This document shows, piece by piece, positions 18,378 through 25,940 of a stretch of DNA of 64,000 nt. Each line of letters begins with the position of its first letter. The first letter of the stretch is position 1. The notes beneath the pieces were generated by a model. That model had not been told where the DNA came from and did not search any database. It saw only the letters and a list, made by a program, of their open reading frames with translations. The position numbers and the translations under genes are program-made. The DNA comes from Burkholderiales bacterium (lineage in GTDB: Bacteria > Pseudomonadota > Gammaproteobacteria > Burkholderiales > Burkholderiaceae_D), in contig JBBRQU010000016.1 in the NCBI GenBank assembly GCA_038225855.1, forward strand, positions 3,983-67,982, in the 5' to 3' direction.

Positions 18378-19861
18378 ATCTTTGGCCCAGAGCTGGGGGC
18401 GGGCGCACGACTCTCGGGAGTGCGGTGCGGATTGCGGCTGTGTCCACGGCTGTATCCACGCCTGCTCCCGCGTACTTCGACGAAGCGCATCAGTGCGATG
18501 TCGACGCGCTGCTTGCGTATCTCAATGCGTTGATCGCGAAGCGTCGCACCGACCTCTTGCAAGTATGCCTTGCGTCCGAAGCCGAACCGCAAGCGGCTAT
18601 GGAAAGCGGCTTCAGCGTTTTCCTGATCGAGCTGCGGCGCAGCGATCGTACGCGCGCCCTGGCCGGCGTCGGGGCCGCACGCGAAGTTCTCGCGACCCTC
18701 TGTCGTCGCGCCGCCGAGATGCTGCGATCGGGCGACCGTTTCGCGCTGATCGGCGTCGACGATCTGCTGCTGGTGCTGCCCGAAGTCAACAGTGTCGGAC
18801 GTGCGCTGCTGGTCGCGGCTCGACTCGTGCAGATCCTGCAGGAGCCGATGCGCGCTGTGGGCGCTCATGTGCGGATTCGACCGGCGATCGGCTGCGCATT
18901 GTTTCCAGCGCATGGCGGTGATGCGGAAACGCTGATCGCCGCGGCCGATCGCGCCTGCCGCGCAGCGCGCGTCACGCAAGAGGGGTATCGCATCGCAGAG
19001 AGCGGCAAGCAGGTCGAAGAGGATGCAAAACTGTCGGTCGATCTCGAAGCCGCTCTGCAAGCCAATCAGCTCGAGGTGTGGCTGCAGCCTCAATACAATC
19101 TGCGCACGCGACGCTTCGATGCGGCCGAGGCGCTGATTCGATGGCCGCGCTCCGCGAGCATCGCACCGGTCGCACCCATCAAGGTGATCGAATTGGCCGA
19201 GCAACAAGGCCTCATGCCGATGCTGACGCTGTTCGTGCTCAATACCGTGCTTCGCCAATCGGCCGCGTTCACGCAGCGAGGGATCGATCTTCGCATCGCG
19301 GTCAATCTATCGGCTTCGATGCTGACCGACGTGAATCTGCCGCGCACCGTGCAGCAGGCGCTCGAACTGTGGGATGTGGCACCCGATCGCCTGACGCTCG
19401 AAGTCACCGAGAACACGCTGATGCAGGACATCGAGGGATCGCTCGCGACGCTGCACGCGTTGAAACGCATCGGCACGCGCCTGTCGCTCGACGATTTCGG
19501 CACCGGGTATTCGTCGTTCGCGTATCTGCGACGCATGCCGCTCGACGAGTTGAAGATCGATCAATTGTTCGTGCGCAATCTGGGTGCCGCCAATAGCGAC
19601 GCCTCGGATCCCCAGCGCGACGGGGACTTGCGGATCGTTCGATCGATCGTCGATGTCGCGCACAACTTCGATCTGCAAACGGTGGCCGAAGGCGTCGAAG
19701 ACGAAGCGACCCTGAAGCTGCTCGAAGGCCTGGGGTGCGACGTGATCCAGGGATACTTCACGGCTCGGCCGATGCCGATCGCGAGATTCGAAGCGTGGTG
19801 GCGCGAACGCCGCCTGGAATCAAACCCGGACTACCGGACGCCTTCTTCAGTGACGATATAG
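18374..19861 (+). CDS. degenerate-GGDEF / EAL domain c-di-GMP phosphodiesterase
   Basis: 495 aa. The GGDEF position reads IGVDDLLLV (degenerate). EAL signature residues are intact (AEALIRW, AVNLS, EVTE, DDFGTGYSS, KIDQLFV, EGVE, QGY). ATGA overlap with the HD-GYP gene. Confidence 0.85.
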   Translation: MNLWPRAGGGRTTLGSAVRIAAVSTAVSTPAPAYFDEAHQCDVDALLAYLNALIAKRRTDLLQVCLASEAEPQAAMESGFSVFLIELRRSDRTRALAGVGAAREVLATLCRRAAEMLRSGDRFALIGVDDLLLVLPEVNSVGRALLVAARLVQILQEPMRAVGAHVRIRPAIGCALFPAHGGDAETLIAAADRACRAARVTQEGYRIAESGKQVEEDAKLSVDLEAALQANQLEVWLQPQYNLRTRRFDAAEALIRWPRSASIAPVAPIKVIELAEQQGLMPMLTLFVLNTVLRQSAAFTQRGIDLRIAVNLSASMLTDVNLPRTVQQALELWDVAPDRLTLEVTENTLMQDIEGSLATLHALKRIGTRLSLDDFGTGYSSFAYLRRMPLDELKIDQLFVRNLGAANSDASDPQRDGDLRIVRSIVDVAHNFDLQTVAEGVEDEATLKLLEGLGCDVIQGYFTARPMPIARFEAWWRERRLESNPDYRTPSSVTI

Positions 19862-20502
19862 TCCAGCGGCATGTCGTGCGGGCCGGACTTGAAGTTCTCG
19901 ATGCGCATCGACTCGTACGCCACCCCGATCGCCTTGAAGCGGCGCGATGCGAGCGTGCGATCGTAATAGCCGCCGCCGTATCCGAGACGATGCCGCACGC
20001 CGTCGGGCCCGATCGAAAAGCCCACGCACGGCACCAGCAGCAGCTCGACATACACCGCGTTGCCCGAGGTCGGCACCGGAACGCCGAGGAAGCCTGGCGC
20101 CATCGCCGAATGCGGCTTCCAATGTACGAAAGTCAACGGCCGAAGAACCCGATCGACGAGCGGCAGTCCGATACGATGGCCGCCCTTGGTCAACTCGTGA
20201 AACAACGGGCGCAGGTCGGGTTCGTTGCGGATCGGCCAGTAGCCGCCGATCTTCCACGGAGATCGACTCGTTCCCAGCATGTCGCGCAAGAGCGTACGCA
20301 AGTGGTCGGCGATGCGCTCGTCTTTTTCGGCGCGCGCCGGCTCGGACAACTCGTTGCGCAGCGCCAGCAGCCGTCTGCGCTCGGCCTCGCGCGACGCGTC
20401 GGACACGTCGCTTTGCGCATAGTCCCCCGCGTCGCCCCGCGCATCGCTTGCGATGGTGGACGACCTTTCGAAGTCCGGTGCGGGAGGCGTCGAGACGGTC
20501 AT
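19831..20502 (-). CDS. 5-formyltetrahydrofolate cyclo-ligase
   Basis: 223 aa. IGGYWPIRNEPDLRPL..., LLLVPCVGF...RLGYGGGYYDRTL matches the MTHFS family signature. Confidence 0.8.
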   Translation of the reverse strand: MTVSTPPAPDFERSSTIASDARGDAGDYAQSDVSDASREAERRRLLALRNELSEPARAEKDERIADHLRTLLRDMLGTSRSPWKIGGYWPIRNEPDLRPLFHELTKGGHRIGLPLVDRVLRPLTFVHWKPHSAMAPGFLGVPVPTSGNAVYVELLLVPCVGFSIGPDGVRHRLGYGGGYYDRTLASRRFKAIGVAYESMRIENFKSGPHDMPLDYIVTEEGVR

Positions 20503-20649
20503 GGGTCAATGCTATGCTAAGTAGCGCGATGAGTCATCGCCGGCGAACCGGCGATGTCCGCCGTTGATGCCGACGAGTTCTCTCGCAATACCGCTTCAAG
20601 AGGCGCGTTTCAATTGTCTTCCAGTCGTCGAGTCGTGCGTTATGCATCG

Positions 20650-22869
20650 ATGCTCTCTCCATTTCGCGTCATCGTTCGTTCACTGGTTCGCCAACTCGTT
20701 CGCATACTCGCGTGTGTACTCATCCCGGGACTCGCGCTAACGTTGCAGGCGCATGCAGCCCGCCCGCAGGCCCGTCCTCCGGACGCGACGCAGCTTGCGA
20801 TGCAGATCAGCAGTCCCGACGACGCTTTCATTACGGCGCACGACGCCGTGCGCGTGGGCGACCAGGAACGCGCAGCCATTTTTTCACAGCGCACTGTCGC
20901 GCTCGATCCTCGCTACCCGTTGGTCTCGTATCTGGAGTACTGGGCGCTCGCCAGGCAGCTCCGTGACTACGGCGATGCGCTCTCGTCGGGCGCGCCCGAC
21001 GATGCGGTGCGTGGCTTCCTCGCGCGCAACAAGGGCAGCGTAGTCGCCGACCTCGCGCGCCGCGACTGGCTGCTGGCGCTGGGCAAGCGCGGCGAGTGGG
21101 GTACGTTCGAAACCGAGATGCCCGGATTCGTCTTGAACGACGACGCACAGATCACATGCTTCAACCTCGCCGCCCGGGCGCTGCGCCAGGTCCGCGGCAC
21201 ATCTGCGGCTCAGCGGTCGTCCGGCGGGAATGCCGAAGGGACCGCGACGCCCGAGTCCGAGGCCGCGTCGAAGAACGCATCGATCGCGGACCTCCTGCGC
21301 GCGTCCCGGATCGCGCTTGCGCAACCGCGCAACTATGCGAGCGACGTGGGCGCCTGTCCGACCCTGGCCCGTATCCTGGTTGCCGAGAAGCGCATCTCGC
21401 ATCAGGACATCTGGTCGTGGATACGCCTCGCGTCGGACGCGAACAATCTCACCGCAGCGCGACGCTACGCGCTGCTCCTGTCCGATACCGAACGCGGCGG
21501 CGACCGCGGCGCCGACTCTGCGCGCTTCTACAAGCAGTTCGATGCAGTGCTCGACAAGCCCGCGTTGTGGTTGGGCAGGCTCGGTGACGAAGACAACCTG
21601 GCCGCGCGCTGGAAACGTGAACTCGTCGTGCTCGCTCTCGCGCGCATGGCGCGAAACGATCCGGCGCAAGCCGCCGCAACCATGCAGCGGCGACCCGCCG
21701 AAGCGCTGAGCGGATCGGAGCGCGCCTATCTCTATGCCCAACTCGCCGCGGCTGCGGCGAAAAAGCAGATGTCGGACGCCAACGACTATTCGAAGAAATC
21801 GCTCGCGGCCGAAGGCTTGTCGGAAGACATATTGACGTGGCAGGTTCGAGGCGCCTTGCGTGCGGAAGACTGGCGACTCGTCGAGGCGCTGATCGAAAAG
21901 ATGCCGACCGAGATGAAAGGCGCGCAAGCAGCCGAGGGCACATGGGCGTACTGGCTCGCGCGCGCCTGGAAAGCGCACAAGAAGAACGAGGCGGCGCAGG
22001 CGTTGTTCACGCAAGTCTCTGAACAGTTCGGCTTCTACGGGCAGCTCGCGACTGAAGAACTCGGACGGAAGATCACGCTGCCCGCGCGCGCGCCGCCGGT
22101 CACCGAGCCCGAAGTGATTGCGGTCAAGAGTCTTCCGGGGTTCACGCGCGCGCTTTACTTCTATCGGCTAGACATGCGCCGCGAGGGCAACCTCGAATGG
22201 AACTTTGCTTTGCGCGGCATGAGCGACCGCGACCTGCTTGCCTCGGCCGAGTGGGCCAGCCGGAACATGCGGCTCGACCGTGCGGTCAACACCGCCGATC
22301 GAACGAAGAACGAGCACGACTTCGCCTTTCGTTTTCTGATGCCATTCAAGGCGCAGATGCAGGAGAAGGCCGCTGCCAACGGGCTCGATCTCGAATGGGT
22401 CTACGGGCTGATCCGACAGGAATCGCGTTTCGTGACTGTCGCGCGATCGTCCGCAGGCGCGTCGGGACTGATGCAGTTGATGCCGTCGACCGCGCGCTAT
22501 GTCGCCCGGAAGATCGGCATGGATGACTACCGTCCCGACGCCGTCGTCGACATCGATACCAATCTCGCATTGGGGACCGGCTATCTGCGCATGGTGCTCG
22601 ATGATCTGGACAATCTGCCCGTCCTCGCGACGGCTGCGTACAACGCCGGGCCGGGCCGGCCGCGTGCGTGGAGAGCGACCCTGACCCGACCGATCGAGGG
22701 CGCGATCTTCGCCGAAACGATCCCGTTCAACGAGACCCGCGACTACGTGAAGAAAGTGATGAGCAACGCCACCTATTACGCGGTGCTCCTCACGGGCAAG
22801 CCGCAGTCGCTGAAAACGCGCATGGGCTTCGTCGCGCAGCGGGGCTATACGGCGAGCGAGCTGCCTTAA
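20650..22869 (+). CDS. slt: soluble lytic murein transglycosylase (Slt70-like)
   Basis: Lysozyme-like catalytic region GLIRQESRFVTVARSSAGASGLMQLMPSTA...AAYNAGPGR preceded by a long superhelical N-domain. The start is set at ATG 20650 because it gives a signal peptide (LACVLIPGLALTLQAHA). The track start is 20554. Confidence 0.85.
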   Translation: MLSPFRVIVRSLVRQLVRILACVLIPGLALTLQAHAARPQARPPDATQLAMQISSPDDAFITAHDAVRVGDQERAAIFSQRTVALDPRYPLVSYLEYWALARQLRDYGDALSSGAPDDAVRGFLARNKGSVVADLARRDWLLALGKRGEWGTFETEMPGFVLNDDAQITCFNLAARALRQVRGTSAAQRSSGGNAEGTATPESEAASKNASIADLLRASRIALAQPRNYASDVGACPTLARILVAEKRISHQDIWSWIRLASDANNLTAARRYALLLSDTERGGDRGADSARFYKQFDAVLDKPALWLGRLGDEDNLAARWKRELVVLALARMARNDPAQAAATMQRRPAEALSGSERAYLYAQLAAAAAKKQMSDANDYSKKSLAAEGLSEDILTWQVRGALRAEDWRLVEALIEKMPTEMKGAQAAEGTWAYWLARAWKAHKKNEAAQALFTQVSEQFGFYGQLATEELGRKITLPARAPPVTEPEVIAVKSLPGFTRALYFYRLDMRREGNLEWNFALRGMSDRDLLASAEWASRNMRLDRAVNTADRTKNEHDFAFRFLMPFKAQMQEKAAANGLDLEWVYGLIRQESRFVTVARSSAGASGLMQLMPSTARYVARKIGMDDYRPDAVVDIDTNLALGTGYLRMVLDDLDNLPVLATAAYNAGPGRPRAWRATLTRPIEGAIFAETIPFNETRDYVKKVMSNATYYAVLLTGKPQSLKTRMGFVAQRGYTASELP

Positions 22870-22907
22870 CCGGCCGAATCAAATGAGCGACACGCATTGC
22901 ACCCTCC

Positions 22908-22985
22908 GGTCGTTCCCGCGCACGCGGGAATCCCGCGTCTTTCTAAGCACGCCGCTGGATCCCTGCTTTCGCAGGGACGACGAAG
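22908..22985. repeat. REP-like palindromic unit pair (inverted, BIME-like)
   Basis: Unit C is GGTCGTTCCCGCGCACGCGGGAATCC (22908-22933). Unit D reads CTTCGTCGTCCCTGCGAAAGCAGGGATCCAG on the reverse complement (22955-22985). The spacer is 21 nt. Architecture matches the 15639-15719 pair. It starts 39 nt after the slt stop. Confidence 0.6.
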
Positions 22986-23068
22986 CATGTTTATTGCATC
23001 ACGTATTTCGCAATCTCGATGAAATGCGCGGCTCATAGCGCGGTTCGAACTTTCTCGAATTCTCTCCC

Positions 23069-24055
23069 ATGCGGCATCAAGACATTCTCGTCATCGGCGG
23101 CAGCGGCTTCATCGGCGGACACGTGGTCGCGGCGCTCGCCGCCGATGGACGCCGCGTGACGGTCCCCTCGCGTCGGCGCGAAACAGGCAAGCGACTGATC
23201 CTCCTGCCGACCGTCGATGTCGTCGAGGCCGACGTGTCCGACGAGGCGACCCTGAAGAAGCTGGTCGCCGGCAAGGATGCGGTCATCGATCTCGTCGGCA
23301 TCCTGCATGGCGATGCCAAGGCGTTCGAGGCCGCGCATGTCGACCTGCCCCGAAAGATCGTGGCGGCCTGCCTTGCCGCGCGCGTGCCCCGCCTGTTGCA
23401 CATCAGCGCGCTCGGCGCCGCGACCGATGGGCCGTCGATGTATCTGCGCTCGAAGGGTGCGGGCGAAGCGGTGGTCGAGGATGCGGGCGCGCTCGCGGGG
23501 CCGGACCGCGCGCCGCTTGCGGCGACCATCTTCCGGCCCTCGGTCGTGTTCGGTCCCGACGATCGCTTCATGAATCTGTTCGCGACCATGCAACGCTGGC
23601 TGCCGATCGTGCCGCTCGCACGCGCGAAGACCTTGTTCCAGCCGGTCTCGGTGCGCGACGTGGCCGCGGCGTTCGCGGTCGCGCTCGACGACGACGAATC
23701 GTTTGCGCGGACCTATGAACTCACCGGCCCGCGCGTCTACACGCTGCTCGAGTTGGTGCAGATCGCGGGCGCCTGTCGCCGAGGGGGCAACGGTCGTGCG
23801 CGACCGGTGCTGCGATTGCCCGGCGCGTTCGGGCGCCTGCAAGCCGCGTTCCTCGAATTCGCGCCCGGACCGACGCTGATGTCGCGCGACAATTTCGACT
23901 CGATGCGTATCGAGAATATCGCCACCGGTCGCTACCCCGGCCTTTCGGAACTGGGGGTCACGCCCACGCCGCTCGAGCCCGAAGCCGCGGCCTACCTGGG
24001 CGGCAAGGGTCGCCGCTCGCATCTCGACCATCTGCGCCATTGGGCGCATGACTAA
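23069..24055 (+). CDS. NAD(P)H-binding, complex I NDUFA9-like / NmrA-type Rossmann protein
   Basis: ILVIGGSGFIGGHV N-terminal Rossmann motif, YLRSKGAGE (YxxxK-like). 328 aa. Confidence 0.7.
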   Translation: MRHQDILVIGGSGFIGGHVVAALAADGRRVTVPSRRRETGKRLILLPTVDVVEADVSDEATLKKLVAGKDAVIDLVGILHGDAKAFEAAHVDLPRKIVAACLAARVPRLLHISALGAATDGPSMYLRSKGAGEAVVEDAGALAGPDRAPLAATIFRPSVVFGPDDRFMNLFATMQRWLPIVPLARAKTLFQPVSVRDVAAAFAVALDDDESFARTYELTGPRVYTLLELVQIAGACRRGGNGRARPVLRLPGAFGRLQAAFLEFAPGPTLMSRDNFDSMRIENIATGRYPGLSELGVTPTPLEPEAAAYLGGKGRRSHLDHLRHWAHD

Positions 24056-24057
24056 AC

Positions 24058-24729
24058 ATGCTCAAGCTCGTCATCGGCAACAAGAATTATTCGTCGTGGT
24101 CGCTGCGCTCGTGGCTGTTGCTCACCGAGGCCGGCATCCCGTTCGAAGAAGTTCGACTGTCGTTGTTCACGCCCGAGTTCGCGCAAGCGATCGCTGGCTA
24201 TACACCGGCCAGGCGCGTGCCCGTGTTGATCGACAGCGCGGCCTTGCCCGACGGCTTCGCAGTCTGGGACACACTGGCGATTGCCGAGTACGTCGCCGAG
24301 CGCTTCCCCGAGAAGCGGCTATGGCCCGATGATGCAGCCGATCGCGCACGCGCCCGCTCGATCTGCGCCGAGATGCATGCGGGCTTCTCGAAGCTGCGTC
24401 AGGCGATGCCGATGAACATCGCCGCCGACCTCACCGGATATGGATGGAGCGTAGGCGTGCAGGACGACATCGACAGGCTCGTTGCGATGTGGCGCGAGTT
24501 GCTCGATCGCCATCGCGGGCCGCTGCTGTTCGGTCGCTTCACGATTGCCGATGCTTTTTTTGCGCCGGTGGTTTCTCGCCTGAAGACCTATGCGGTCGCG
24601 TTGCCCGAAGACATCGCGACCTATCGCGATGCCGTGCTCGCGTTGAAGGGCATGAAGGCATGGACGGCGGCCGCGCAGAGCGAGAGCGAATTCCTCGCGG
24701 ACGACGAACCCTATCGTCGACGGGCGTGA
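24058..24729 (+). CDS. glutathione S-transferase family protein
   Basis: 223 aa. LVIGNKNYSSWSLRSWLLL...RRVPVLID...VWDTLAIAEYV is a YfcF-like GST N-domain. Confidence 0.8.
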   Translation: MLKLVIGNKNYSSWSLRSWLLLTEAGIPFEEVRLSLFTPEFAQAIAGYTPARRVPVLIDSAALPDGFAVWDTLAIAEYVAERFPEKRLWPDDAADRARARSICAEMHAGFSKLRQAMPMNIAADLTGYGWSVGVQDDIDRLVAMWRELLDRHRGPLLFGRFTIADAFFAPVVSRLKTYAVALPEDIATYRDAVLALKGMKAWTAAAQSESEFLADDEPYRRRA

Positions 24730-24798
24730 CGCAGGCTTGCGTGCTCACATCGCGAGCGTCGTACCTGCGCCCAACGTGAAGCCCGCATCGAAGACCGG

Positions 24799-25917
24799 AT
24801 GAAGACCTACGTCGTCGGCGGTGCGGTCCGCGACAAACTGCTCGGACAGCCGGTCAGCGATCGCGATCACGTGGTCGTCGGTGCGAGCGTGGACGACATG
24901 CTGGTTGCGGGATTCAAACCCGTGGGCCGCGACTTCCCGGTGTTCCTGCATCCGACCACGCACGAGGAATACGCGCTCGCTCGCATCGAGCGAAAAGTCG
25001 CGCCGGGCTATGCGGGCTTCGTTTTCCATGCCGAGCCGACGGTCACGCTCGCAGACGATCTCGCGCGGCGCGACCTGACCATCAATGCGATCGCCGAAGA
25101 CGAGGCGACCCACAGCCTGATCGATCCCTTCGACGGGCAACGCGATCTCGAGCGTCGCATCTTTCGGCACGTCGGTCCGGCCTTCGTCGAAGATCCGGTT
25201 CGCATCCTTCGTCTCGCGCGCTTTGCCGCGCGCTTCGCGGACTTTTCGATTGCCGATGAGACCCTTCTGCTGATGCGCGACATGGTCGCTCGCGGTGAAG
25301 TCGATGCGCTCGTGCCCGAACGTGTCTGGCAGGAAATGTCGCGCGGGCTGATGGAGCAAAAGCCATCACGCCTGTTCGAGGTCTTGCGCGATGCGCACGC
25401 GCTGGTTCGCCTATTGCCCGAGATCGATGCGCTGTTCGAAAAGCCCGGCGATGCATCGGCTTTCACTACCCCGCTCGCGGCGATCGATCGCGCCGCCGTG
25501 ATGGACGCGGCGCTGGCGGTTCGTTTTGCCGCGCTCGTGCATGCGGTCGATGATGGGGGCATCGCGGCTCTTTGCGCGCGACTTGCTGTCCCGGTTGCAT
25601 CTCGCGACCTCGCGCTTTTATTCGCGCGCGAGATCACGACGCTGGCCAACGCGTCGCTCGACCCCGAACGACAGGTGCGATTGTTCGAACGATGCGACGC
25701 CTTTCGAAGACCGGCGCGTTTCGAAGAACTGTTGCTGACGTTGCGCGCAGTGACCGGTGACGACGCGGCCAGGATGCAGATCGCGCCGGCGTTGGCGCGC
25801 AATCTCGCGCGCGTGCGGGCGGTCGATGCAGGGGCGATAGCGCATCGCGAAGCAGGCGATCCCTCGCGTATCGCAAGCGCGCTGCATAGGGCTCGCGTCA
25901 CCGCGTTGCAAGGGTAA
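24799..25917 (+). CDS. cca: tRNA nucleotidyltransferase (CCA-adding enzyme), HD motif absent
   Basis: Head domain YVVGGAVRDKLLG...DRDHVVVG, RDLTINAIA, EDPVRILRLARFAARF. It is 372 aa rather than about 410. The HD-domain metal ligands are not present (see findings). Confidence 0.85.
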   Translation: MKTYVVGGAVRDKLLGQPVSDRDHVVVGASVDDMLVAGFKPVGRDFPVFLHPTTHEEYALARIERKVAPGYAGFVFHAEPTVTLADDLARRDLTINAIAEDEATHSLIDPFDGQRDLERRIFRHVGPAFVEDPVRILRLARFAARFADFSIADETLLLMRDMVARGEVDALVPERVWQEMSRGLMEQKPSRLFEVLRDAHALVRLLPEIDALFEKPGDASAFTTPLAAIDRAAVMDAALAVRFAALVHAVDDGGIAALCARLAVPVASRDLALLFAREITTLANASLDPERQVRLFERCDAFRRPARFEELLLTLRAVTGDDAARMQIAPALARNLARVRAVDAGAIAHREAGDPSRIASALHRARVTALQG

Positions 25918-25940
25918 GGCCGCGAACCGATGTCTCGTCG

